Assembly (NCBI GenBank): GCA_020342115.1
Contig: CP070841.1
Span: 681,331 to 738,459 of the forward strand
Source of the DNA: Spirochaetota bacterium
GTDB taxonomy: Bacteria > Spirochaetota > B62-G9 > DRHN01
Reading direction: 5' to 3'
Length of the DNA stretch: 57,129 bases
Part shown: positions 37,870 to 46,855 of the stretch, piece by piece
How positions within the stretch are numbered: the first letter of the stretch is position 1
Layout: the number at the start of each line of letters is the position of its first letter
The notes under the pieces: generated by a model
What the model was told of the DNA's origin: nothing
What the model saw: only the letters and a program-made list of their open reading frames with translations
The model's database searches: none
Position numbers and translations under genes: made by a program

Positions 37870-38823
37870 TCATGAAGGATAGATATGAGTCCCCCCCTCA
37901 CCTTTTATAGCTCCAGTGAGTTGTTCGGGGCTCGTAATAATGGCCTCTTTGCCTCCCTTGTCAAGAAAATCGAGGACTGCTTTTATTTTCGGGAGCATGC
38001 TTCCAGGAGCGAAATGCCCCTCATCAATAAAACTGCGTGCCTGTTCTGTAGTCATCTTATCAAGTGGTCTGGCATTGGATTTACTATAATCTAGATACAC
38101 ACGATCTACAGCTGTAGATATCACAAAGATATCAGCTTTTAATTGAGATGCCAGAAGGCTCGATGCCATATCTTTGTCTATTACTGCGTCCACCCCTTCC
38201 AGGTCTCCATTCTGATTCCTGTAGACCGGTATTCCTCCTCCGCCTGCACCGATTACACATAAACCCTGCTTTACCAATGCTTTTATAGCATCAGTTTCCA
38301 GAATTTTTTTAGGCAAAGGAGATGGTACTACCCTTCTGTACCCTCTGCCAGAGTCATACATTATGTGCCATTCGGGGTGCTTTTTTTTGATGCTGGTAAT
38401 CTGCTTCTTAGTAAAGAAAGAGCCTATAGGTTTTGCCGGATTGGAAAATGCAGGGTCATCCCTGTCTACCTCGACCAGTGTGACCACTGTAACTGCATGT
38501 TTTTTGACGTTTCTCTTTTTAAACTCGTTATTCAATGCCTGCTGAAGCTGATAGCCTATTGCTCCCTGGGTGTCTGCAACACAGCTCACAAGAGGGACAA
38601 TATGCATATCTGCAGCTTCGTGTGCAAGCTCTGACCTGCGCAGAATAAAACCGACCTGCGGACCATTTCCATGGGTGACAACTGTACTGTATCCCTGCTC
38701 AACAAGATCAACTATATGGTGAGCCGTTTCCTTTACTGCTTCATATTGATCAGGAACCGTCTGATGTTCCTTGTCCTTAATGAGGGAATTGCCACCGATA
38801 GCAACAATTGCCAGCATTCCCAT
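37870..38823 (-). CDS. arcC: carbamate kinase
   Basis: IVAIGGNSL and VVTHGNGPQVG blocks. The ATG directly abuts the upstream stop (TAGATG). Confidence 0.9.
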   Translation of the reverse strand: MGMLAIVAIGGNSLIKDKEHQTVPDQYEAVKETAHHIVDLVEQGYSTVVTHGNGPQVGFILRRSELAHEAADMHIVPLVSCVADTQGAIGYQLQQALNNEFKKRNVKKHAVTVVTLVEVDRDDPAFSNPAKPIGSFFTKKQITSIKKKHPEWHIMYDSGRGYRRVVPSPLPKKILETDAIKALVKQGLCVIGAGGGGIPVYRNQNGDLEGVDAVIDKDMASSLLASQLKADIFVISTAVDRVYLDYSKSNARPLDKMTTEQARSFIDEGHFAPGSMLPKIKAVLDFLDKGGKEAIITSPEQLTGAIKGEGGTHIYPS

Positions 38824-39807
38824 CTATTTACCTCCCATTGTAAGGGTCATTACTGCTTTTGCCGTATGAAGGCGGTTTTCCGCTTCGTCATAAACAATTG
38901 AGTGGGGGCCATCTATGACTGAATCCTCCACCTCATTATTTCTATCAGCAGGAAGCGCATGCATGTACATCACATCTTTGTCGGCTATGTCTATCATTTT
39001 CTGTGTGCACTTCCACCCCTTGTTCGCTTCGAGAAGTTTATCGCGCTCTTCATCACTCATGTCCGTGACCCAGCTTCCCCAGTTTTTTGGAATGACTACA
39101 TGCATACCCCTGTATGCTTTTTCCATATCATTGGTGACAGTAATCTTCCCTCCATGAGTATCTGCATTATCCTTTGCCTGCTGTATTGCCCAGTCCGGCA
39201 GCGCATATCCTTCAGGATATGCCAGCGTTACATCCATGCCATATCTGGGAAAAAGAAGAAGCTGCGTAAGCGGTACGGATAAAGGTTTTTTGTGACTTGT
39301 AGCGTACGCCCATATGATGGACACCTTAACGCCCTTCAGGCTCCCTGTCTTCTCGCGAAGAGTCATGAGGTCAGCTATTCCCTGCATTGGGTGATAAAAA
39401 TCACACTGCAGGTTCATAACAGGCACACTAGCCCATTTCTCCAGATCTCTCAGATATTTGTTTCCTACTCCCCAGAAACAGTTTCTGCATGCTATTCCAT
39501 GACCGTATCGTGAAAGAATTACTGCAGTATCTTTGGCGACTTCACCGTGAGCAATCTGCATGGTGCTTGTGTCGAGAAAAGTTCCATGGCCTCCCAGTTG
39601 TGCGATTCCTGCTTCCATCGAGTTTCTTGTTCTCGTTGACTGCTCAAAGAACATAAGGAAGATCGTCTTGTACAGCAGATAGGGAGTAGGATTTCCCATA
39701 GCGAAATCCTTTTTCAGGTCCAAGGAAACCTCCAGTAAAGTATCGATTTCATCCTTCGACCATTCCTGAAGAGAAATGAAGTGCTTACCATTGAATATGG
39801 ACTGCAT
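38824..39807 (-). CDS. ygeW: YgeW-family (knotted) carbamoyltransferase
   Basis: STRTR, QIAHGE, NLQCDFYHPMQGIADL, WAYATSHKKPLSVP, GMDVTLAYPEGY and HALPADRNNEV are collinear with E. coli YgeW as I remember it. It is shorter (327 aa). Confidence 0.7.
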   Translation of the reverse strand: MQSIFNGKHFISLQEWSKDEIDTLLEVSLDLKKDFAMGNPTPYLLYKTIFLMFFEQSTRTRNSMEAGIAQLGGHGTFLDTSTMQIAHGEVAKDTAVILSRYGHGIACRNCFWGVGNKYLRDLEKWASVPVMNLQCDFYHPMQGIADLMTLREKTGSLKGVKVSIIWAYATSHKKPLSVPLTQLLLFPRYGMDVTLAYPEGYALPDWAIQQAKDNADTHGGKITVTNDMEKAYRGMHVVIPKNWGSWVTDMSDEERDKLLEANKGWKCTQKMIDIADKDVMYMHALPADRNNEVEDSVIDGPHSIVYDEAENRLHTAKAVMTLTMGGK

Positions 39808-39849
39808 ATAGCATACCCCCTGTGAAAGTAGTCATCTCTTTTAGGTACT

Positions 39850-40803
39850 CTACTCCACTGCACCCAAAACCAGGGCAAGGAGAGCCATTCGGAGTACAAC
39901 ACCGTTGAAAGCTTCTTCCCAGTATCGTGCATGTCGTGTCGAGTCCACGTCTGGCGGAAGCTCATCCATACGCGGGAGAGAGTGCAGTATAATAGCATCA
40001 CTCTTACCCTTCTTGAGTAATAGTTCACGTGTGACTTTATAGTTTGAAGGTGTGGTTCCTACTTTCTTGCCTCGTTCAACTCGCGATTGTGTATAGTCTG
40101 CCTGCACTACAGGCTCAATATAGATCACATCTGCATCAGAAATAGCCTTCTCAACATGATCCACTTCTCTAAACCTGAGATTCTGACTACGAAGCTCCTT
40201 TTTCCACTCATCGGTTGGTGACATTTCAGGCGGAGAGATGAGCGATACCTCGCAGTCGAAATTAGTAAGCGCATACCCGATAGAATGCATCGTGCGCATA
40301 CGCATGTCTCCTATGCAGAGAAAGTGAAGCCCATCAATGGTTCCTTTTTCCCTTAATACAGTGTAAAGATCTGTCAGAACCTGTGTCGGGTGCTCTCCCC
40401 AGCCATCACCGCAGTTGATTATTGGCACACTTGACCATTTAGCGGCTTCTGCAGGTGCACCCTGCTGGAAATGACGCATGGCAATCACATCGGCATAATA
40501 CTCGAGCATATGTACAGTATCTTTTATAGATTCCTGATAGAAATCACCCGCCCTGGTCATTTTAGGGTCTGCAAAACCGAGCACATGGCCACCAAGACGA
40601 TGCATGGCTGCCTCTGTAGCCATCCTTGTTCTTGTACTCGGCTGATAGAATGCTGTAAGCAGGGTCTTGTCTTTCAGTAAATCCGTATTGCGTCTATTTT
40701 CCGCAAAAGTCCTGAGCCTGTCGCAAATTTCAAAGACACGAAAAAATTCGGCTCTTTCAAAATCCTTGAGTGATAGGATGTCTCTCCCTAAAAAACTGCG
40801 CAT
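39850..40803 (-). CDS. aspartate-carbamoyltransferase-like carbamoyltransferase
   Basis: STRTR, GEHPTQ and LHSLPRMDELPPDVD (ATCase-type HxLPR..E). First gene of the operon with ygeW and arcC. Confidence 0.75.
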   Translation of the reverse strand: MRSFLGRDILSLKDFERAEFFRVFEICDRLRTFAENRRNTDLLKDKTLLTAFYQPSTRTRMATEAAMHRLGGHVLGFADPKMTRAGDFYQESIKDTVHMLEYYADVIAMRHFQQGAPAEAAKWSSVPIINCGDGWGEHPTQVLTDLYTVLREKGTIDGLHFLCIGDMRMRTMHSIGYALTNFDCEVSLISPPEMSPTDEWKKELRSQNLRFREVDHVEKAISDADVIYIEPVVQADYTQSRVERGKKVGTTPSNYKVTRELLLKKGKSDAIILHSLPRMDELPPDVDSTRHARYWEEAFNGVVLRMALLALVLGAVE

Positions 40804-40910
40804 GGTACAGTTCTCCTTATATGAAATGTTGCATGGAACTCCCTATTTGATCTACACAAAGCATCTGCCTTAATAAAATAACACTTCACTCTCTTTTTGC
40901 GAACCTTAAA

Positions 40911-40990
40911 TTTTGAGTTCCCTGTGATACCGATAAATATCCACAAATTATCCACAGGGGACAGGCGTGTACTTTTGAGTACTTTTGAAT
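40911..40990. promoter_or_regulatory. composite repeat/palindrome block in the divergent promoter region (candidate operator)
   Basis: TTTTGAGT at 40911, 40973 and 40983 (the last as TTTTGAAT). Inverted CCCTGTGAT / ATCCACAGGG. Direct ATATCCACA (40937) and TTATCCACA (40948). Confidence 0.35.
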
Positions 40991-41110
40991 AACCTCACTC
41001 ACCAATTATACTTCTATACTTTACATTTCCCTTCAGTTCTATTTCCATTTGTTTTAACTCGTCCTTTGTCTTATATTCTTATAGGCTTAGTAATTACATA
41101 AAAAAATAAA

Positions 41111-43243
41111 ATGAAGAACAAGATCAGCAGTTCAGTGTCAAGAATAGATACTCCCGAAAAAACAGGGGGAAAAGCATCCTATATAGCAGATATCAAATTA
41201 GAAGGTATGTTGCATGCAAAGACTCTCCGCTCTGAGAGAGCGAGAGCCCGTATAAAAGCAATAAATTGTCCAAACCTGCCTGAAGGGTACTTCATCATTG
41301 ACAGACAAGATATTCCTGGAAAAAACAGTGTCAAAATGCTCATTGATGATCAGCCTTTTTTTGCAGACGGGATTGTTAACTATATTGGAGAACCTATCCT
41401 GCTCGCTGTTGGCCCAGAAAAAGAAACTGTAAACTGGATAATAGAAAACACAGAGGTAGAGTACGAGGATATTCTTCCCATTTTTTCTGTTGATGAAGCG
41501 AAGGACCCCGCCAAACCTCCAATATTCCAGAAGAATAACATATTTGCAGAGTACGAAATAAGAAAAGGCAATCCTGAAAAAGCATTTGAAGGGTCACATC
41601 GGGTCTTTGAGAAGGAGTACAGGACAGGATATCAGGAGCATATATACCTGGAACCCCAGGGAGTCATAGGAACCTATGATGATGGCCGTGTCACAGTGTA
41701 CGGATCCATGCAGTGTCCTTATTACGTAAAGACCGCTCTCATTCATGGCCTGGGGTGGAATGAGGACATGATTCGGGTGGTTCAAACAACCACAGGCGGC
41801 GCATTTGGCGGTAAGGAGGATTACCCCTCAATCATTGCCGGGCATGCTGTGTTCGCTGCGTTAAAAACTAACCGCCCTGTACGGCTCGTATTCGACAGGG
41901 CAGAGGACATTCAGTCTACTACAAAGAGACATCCATCCATAATAAAGATCAAAACTGCGCTCGATTCAAAAGGTACTATAATCGGCATGAATGTGGACAT
42001 CACTCTTGATGGCGGAGCTTACTGTGGACTTTCTCCTGTCGTCCTTCAAAGGGCGATGTTTGTTTCAACAGGTGCGTATAACATCCCGAACGTACTCGTA
42101 AGGGGCAAGGTCCTGGCAACAAACAATGTACCATCCGGAGCATTCAGAGGATTCGGAGCACCGCAGGCAATCTTTGCAATAGAGATGCACCTCAATTCTC
42201 TCGCTGAAAACCTGAAAATGGACCCGCTCGATTTGAAGAAGAAGTATCTTCTGAAAAAGGGTGATCCTACCGTGACAGGAGGCAAGCTGCGTGAAGATGT
42301 AAAAATGCCCCGGATGATTAGCCTTCTTGAGGACATATCCGGATACCGGAAAAAGAAAGCCTCTTTTCATAAAAAAAATGCACGGGATCTGCGTGGAATA
42401 GGTATATCGCTTTTTCTTCACGGGTGCGCATTCACAGGAAGCGGAGAGCGAGACAAGATTAAGGCTAAGGTGAAGTTAAGAAAAGAAGACGATGGAAAGG
42501 TCTCCATTCTTGTATCGAATGTCGATATGGGGCAGGGTCCGCAGACCACACTGAGAAAGATTGTGTCTAAAATCCTCGGTATACCTTTCAGTCAGGTTTT
42601 ATACGACAATCCCGATACAGACAGGGTTCCTGACTCAGGCCCGACAGTTGCATCCAGAACAGTCATGATCGTTGGTTACCTGCTGAGCAGGGCTGCAGAA
42701 AAACTAAAAACAGAGGGCAAAACCGAAGTCACAGAGGAATATATACAGCCGCCCTATATAGAGTGGGATCAGGAGAATTTCATAGGAGACGCCTATCCTG
42801 TCTACTCCTGGGGAGCGAATGCTGTAGAGGTCTCTATAGACCCTGATACCTATGAGATAAAGGTAGAAAGTGTTTGGGGAGTATACGATGTTGGAACTCC
42901 GATCGATGAACAGATCGTCTATGGCCAGATCGAAGGGGGAATATCTCAGGGTCTGGGCTACGCAACTATCGAGGTGATGGAAAGCAGGGAGGGCGGCCTG
43001 ATGCAGCGTTCGATGACAGACTACATAATTGCATCGTCAGTGGATTTTCCTGGTGCCGAAAAGAGGCTTATAGAAAATTACTACGATTATGGCCCCTTTG
43101 GCGCAAAATGCGCAGGAGAGCTCCCTTTTGTCGGTGTAGCGCCAGCACTTGCAGCCGCTGTACAGAACGCCATCGGCGTGCCTATTGAAAAACTTCCTGT
43201 AACACCCGAATATCTTCTGGAGGCAGCAGAAGGTGGAAATTAA
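41111..43243 (+). CDS. xanthine dehydrogenase-family molybdopterin-binding subunit (710 aa)
   Basis: RIDTPEKTGGKASYIADI N-terminus and TTGGAFGGKEDY block. First gene of the Mo-FeS-FAD trio. Confidence 0.9.
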   Translation: MKNKISSSVSRIDTPEKTGGKASYIADIKLEGMLHAKTLRSERARARIKAINCPNLPEGYFIIDRQDIPGKNSVKMLIDDQPFFADGIVNYIGEPILLAVGPEKETVNWIIENTEVEYEDILPIFSVDEAKDPAKPPIFQKNNIFAEYEIRKGNPEKAFEGSHRVFEKEYRTGYQEHIYLEPQGVIGTYDDGRVTVYGSMQCPYYVKTALIHGLGWNEDMIRVVQTTTGGAFGGKEDYPSIIAGHAVFAALKTNRPVRLVFDRAEDIQSTTKRHPSIIKIKTALDSKGTIIGMNVDITLDGGAYCGLSPVVLQRAMFVSTGAYNIPNVLVRGKVLATNNVPSGAFRGFGAPQAIFAIEMHLNSLAENLKMDPLDLKKKYLLKKGDPTVTGGKLREDVKMPRMISLLEDISGYRKKKASFHKKNARDLRGIGISLFLHGCAFTGSGERDKIKAKVKLRKEDDGKVSILVSNVDMGQGPQTTLRKIVSKILGIPFSQVLYDNPDTDRVPDSGPTVASRTVMIVGYLLSRAAEKLKTEGKTEVTEEYIQPPYIEWDQENFIGDAYPVYSWGANAVEVSIDPDTYEIKVESVWGVYDVGTPIDEQIVYGQIEGGISQGLGYATIEVMESREGGLMQRSMTDYIIASSVDFPGAEKRLIENYYDYGPFGAKCAGELPFVGVAPALAAAVQNAIGVPIEKLPVTPEYLLEAAEGGN

Positions 43244-43703
43244 TTTTATTCTCAACGGAAAAGGGGTCAAGGTAAAAACTCATCCTTTGAGGAGACTCCT
43301 CGACGTACTCAGGGAAGATTTCGATTTATCAGGTGTAAAGGAGGGGTGCGGCGAAGGAGAGTGCGGAGCGTGCGCTGTGCTTGTCGATGGTGAGCTTGCC
43401 CTATCCTGCATCACTCCAGTGGGGAGTGTGGAGGGAACATCTGTTGTTACTATCGAAGGCTACAGGGAAACTGCAAAATACAGGGCGCTAGAGGAAGCCT
43501 TCTCAGCCACAGGAGCTGTGCAGTGCGGTTTCTGCACACCCGGTTTCATTATTGCGGCGGAGTCACTTCTCAGTAAAACACCCAGGCCAACCCCGAATGA
43601 AATAAGAGAGGCAATCTCAGGAAATCTTTGCAGGTGTACAGGGTACAGCGGTATTGTTGAAGGCATTAAACGCGCCTCGGAGAGGGGTGAGGGATTATGG
43701 TAG
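43233..43703 (+). CDS. xanthine dehydrogenase-family [2Fe-2S] subunit
   Basis: GTG start. GCGEGECGAC...LSC, QCGFCTPG and CRCTGY. Confidence 0.9.
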   Translation: MEINFILNGKGVKVKTHPLRRLLDVLREDFDLSGVKEGCGEGECGACAVLVDGELALSCITPVGSVEGTSVVTIEGYRETAKYRALEEAFSATGAVQCGFCTPGFIIAAESLLSKTPRPTPNEIREAISGNLCRCTGYSGIVEGIKRASERGEGLW

Positions 43704-44542
43704 ATACTTTCAAGCCGCAATCTCTTCAAGAGGCAGTGGATGTCCTGTCAGATAAAGGTGCCATTCTTTTTGCAGGCGGTACAGACCTCATGGTTCAGAG
43801 AAGGAGGCGGGGAGGTCTTATACCAGATTTTGACCGCCCTGTGATCTTAATCGGCCATCTCAAAGAGCTTAAAGAAATTAGTAACTCTACACGTGAGATC
43901 AGGATAGGCTCATGCTGTACCTACACTGCCCTTCTCTCACATAAAGCTGTGCCCGAGATACTGAAGACATGTGTATCACAAATCGCCTCACCCGGGATCA
44001 GGAACCGAGGAACCATTGGGGGAAATATTTGTAATGCGTCACCAGCAGGAGATACCCTGCCTGTGCTCTATGCGCTCGATGCTTCAGTAATACTTGCAAG
44101 GGACAATAAAGAGAGAGTATTGCCCATTGAAAAGTTTATAAAAGGCCCCGGTACGACAGTCCTCGAAGCTGATGAGCTTTTGACCCGGATAATAATCCCT
44201 CACAGCAGCTTTAATAAGTTCTTTTACAAAAAGGTAGGAACGAGAGCCTATAACGCGCTCTCAAAAATATCATTTACAGGCCTTGCACTGAAAAAGCTCA
44301 GAGCGGTAGAGGATGTCAGGATTGCGTTTGGCGCAGTTTCGCCAACCGTAGTGCGTTCAAAGGATATCGAGGCACAGATCAGGGGCAAGGATATAGACGC
44401 AATACAAAAAATGATCCCGGAAATCTTGAGCCATTATTCAAAACTAATCGATCCAATATCCGATCAGCGCTCAAACAGGAGATACAGAAAGACTGTTTCT
44501 CTCAATTTGCTGAACTCTTTCTTGAAAAATTATATGCTGTAA
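43697..44542 (+). CDS. xanthine dehydrogenase-family FAD-binding subunit (YgfM/XdhB-like)
   Basis: FAGGTDLMVQ and RGTIGGNICNASPAGD blocks. Confidence 0.85.
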   Translation: MVDTFKPQSLQEAVDVLSDKGAILFAGGTDLMVQRRRRGGLIPDFDRPVILIGHLKELKEISNSTREIRIGSCCTYTALLSHKAVPEILKTCVSQIASPGIRNRGTIGGNICNASPAGDTLPVLYALDASVILARDNKERVLPIEKFIKGPGTTVLEADELLTRIIIPHSSFNKFFYKKVGTRAYNALSKISFTGLALKKLRAVEDVRIAFGAVSPTVVRSKDIEAQIRGKDIDAIQKMIPEILSHYSKLIDPISDQRSNRRYRKTVSLNLLNSFLKNYML

Positions 44543-44558
44543 CCTCCATGGAGGGGGC

Positions 44559-45383
44559 ATGCCAGAAATCTTTGAGGCGGTTCTGAATCTCAGGCAAAGC
44601 GGAGAAGCCGGTGTCCTTGTAACAATTGTTGATACCGCAGGGTCTTCACCACTAGACGCTGGAGCAAAGCTTCTTTTAACCTCACAGGGCGTAGTTACAG
44701 GAACCGTGGGAGGAGGAGCTCTGGAATCAGAAGCAATCGAGACTGCAAAAAAAGTACTGAATAATAAAAAGAGCCTGCTTCAGAAGTACTCTATGGGAGA
44801 ACATGGAACATCGCTGGATGCAGTGGAGCTTGGAATGATTTGCGGCGGAAGTGCTACCCTCTTTTATGAGTACATTGGTGCCACAGACCATGTTTTCATC
44901 TTCGGCGCAGGTCATGTTGGAAAAGCCCTGCTATATCATCTGAAAACCAGAGGCGTTCTCATCACCATAATAGATTCGAGAAAAGATATACTCGAGGGGA
45001 TAGAGGGAGCCGAAAAAGTCCATGCACCGGATTACACTGATTTTCCGAAATCACTCACAGTTCCTGACGGAAGCTATATCATAATCGCAAACCACTCACA
45101 TGATCTCGATTACGAAGCTTTGAAATATATATACTCATCAGCATGGAACCCCTCTTACGTTGGAGTAATTGCATCCAGAAGAAAAGCCGGGACAATGGTA
45201 AGCAAACTCAGAAAAGAGATCGGAAAATCGGTCGATCTGAAAAACCTTTATACGCCTGTAGGGCTCGATCTTGGTGGTAGGAGTGTTGATGAGATAGCAA
45301 TTTCAATCATATCTGAGCTTCAAGGGCTGAAATATGGAAAAACAAACCTTAACCACATGAAGAACAGAGAGGAGAGAAAATGA
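44559..45383 (+). CDS. xdhC: XdhC/CoxI-family molybdenum hydroxylase maturation factor
   Basis: XdhC_CoxI N-domain (GVLVTIVDTAGSSP) plus Rossmann-like C-domain (VFIFGAGHVGKAL). Confidence 0.8.
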   Translation: MPEIFEAVLNLRQSGEAGVLVTIVDTAGSSPLDAGAKLLLTSQGVVTGTVGGGALESEAIETAKKVLNNKKSLLQKYSMGEHGTSLDAVELGMICGGSATLFYEYIGATDHVFIFGAGHVGKALLYHLKTRGVLITIIDSRKDILEGIEGAEKVHAPDYTDFPKSLTVPDGSYIIIANHSHDLDYEALKYIYSSAWNPSYVGVIASRRKAGTMVSKLRKEIGKSVDLKNLYTPVGLDLGGRSVDEIAISIISELQGLKYGKTNLNHMKNREERK

Positions 45384-46840
45384 TCGATCTCAGCGTTAAC
45401 TCTGAACAACTTACCAAAGTGGCAAAACGATGCAAGGAGAGGAACATCATTATCCCTACGTTTCAGCAGATGCGCAATCCTGAATCTATTCAAGATCAAA
45501 TAAAGGATGAGCTCGGGAGGATCGGGCTCTGGGATGTACACCCCAGAAACTTATTCAGAATCACATGGAAGAATGAACCAGTACCGCACGGCGGTGGTTT
45601 CGATGGTTTGAACTATATGGAATTTCCCTCCGAGCTTACCGGCGTGCCTGCCAGGATCATGGCCCTGGTCGGTAAATGGTTCCCTACAGGTGCTCATAAG
45701 GTAGGAGCCACGTTCGGATGCCTGACCCCAAGGCTCATAACAGGACAGTTCGATCCAAGTAACCGGAAAGCAGTATGGCCATCGACAGGCAACTACTGCC
45801 GGGGCGGAGCATATGTTGCTGCGCTCCTCGGGTGTGAATCCATAGCAATTCTTCCTGAAGGGATGTCAAAGGAGAGGTTCCAGTGGCTTGAAAAGATTGC
45901 TGGAGAGGTGATTGCGACTCCCGGGTGTGAGAGCAATGTAAAGGAGATCTTCGACAAGTGCTGGGAGCTTCGCGAGACAAGAGATGATATTGTCATCTTC
46001 AATCAGTTCGACGAGCTGGGGAACCATCTCTGGCATTATGAGATTACAGGGCATGCACTCGAGGAGCTCTTAAAGACCGAGATGGACAAGGACAGTAATT
46101 ATGCAGGGGTTGTTCTTACTTCAGGCTCATCCGGTACCATGGGATGCGGCGATTATATAAAAGAGGTCTACCCAGGCTCAAAGATCGCTGTCGGCGAGGC
46201 GCTTCAGTGCCCGACTCTTCTTATGAATGGATTTGGCGGCCACCGCATAGAGGGAATTGGTGACAAGCATGTTCCATGGATTCACAACGTGAGAAATACA
46301 GACATGGTTGTTGCAGTTGATGATGAGCACACTGTACGGCTTTTGCGATTGTTCAATGAGCCTGTGGGAAGATCATATCTTGAAAAGATGAAAGTCCCTT
46401 CCAAGCTTGTTGAATCACTCGATCTGCTTGGAATATCTTCAATCGGAAACCTGATCGGAGCTATCAAATTTGCAAAATATTACGAGCTTACAGAGAATGA
46501 CATCGTGCTCACAGTGTTCACCGATTCACTCGAGCTCTACAGCTCACGGCTCGATGAGCTGCGTATGGAGAGAGGTGGTTATACAGAAGAAGATGCAATA
46601 AAAGACTACGAGCTTTTAAACAATATTACAACAGACAACCAGCTCGAGCTTTCATTCTATGATAGAAAGCGCATACACAACCTCAAGTACTATACCTGGA
46701 TAGAGCAGCAGGGGAAATCCCTGGATGAGCTCAACAGCCAGTGGTACAATCATAAAGAGTACTGGGGTTCGATACATCGACTCGGAAAAAGAATAGACGA
46801 GCTGATCGTACAGTTCAACGAGCTAGTAGAAAAATCCTGA
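45380..46840 (+). CDS. fold-type II PLP-dependent enzyme, OrtB / PLP-dependent lyase-thiolase-like (486 aa)
   Basis: FPTGAHKVG lysine block (TrpB-superfamily style), GSSGTMG and IEGIGDKHVPWIHN. ATGA overlap with xdhC. Specific function unknown. Confidence 0.6.
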   Translation: MIDLSVNSEQLTKVAKRCKERNIIIPTFQQMRNPESIQDQIKDELGRIGLWDVHPRNLFRITWKNEPVPHGGGFDGLNYMEFPSELTGVPARIMALVGKWFPTGAHKVGATFGCLTPRLITGQFDPSNRKAVWPSTGNYCRGGAYVAALLGCESIAILPEGMSKERFQWLEKIAGEVIATPGCESNVKEIFDKCWELRETRDDIVIFNQFDELGNHLWHYEITGHALEELLKTEMDKDSNYAGVVLTSGSSGTMGCGDYIKEVYPGSKIAVGEALQCPTLLMNGFGGHRIEGIGDKHVPWIHNVRNTDMVVAVDDEHTVRLLRLFNEPVGRSYLEKMKVPSKLVESLDLLGISSIGNLIGAIKFAKYYELTENDIVLTVFTDSLELYSSRLDELRMERGGYTEEDAIKDYELLNNITTDNQLELSFYDRKRIHNLKYYTWIEQQGKSLDELNSQWYNHKEYWGSIHRLGKRIDELIVQFNELVEKS

Positions 46841-46855
46841 CAGGAAACTCTGTGT

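Noticed and set aside
40937-40956. Two DnaA-box-like 9-mers as a replication origin.
   Set aside because: There are only two boxes. There is no dnaA/dnaN/gyrB context and no clear AT-rich unwinding element, and the boxes sit in a divergent metabolic promoter. I treat them as a candidate operator.
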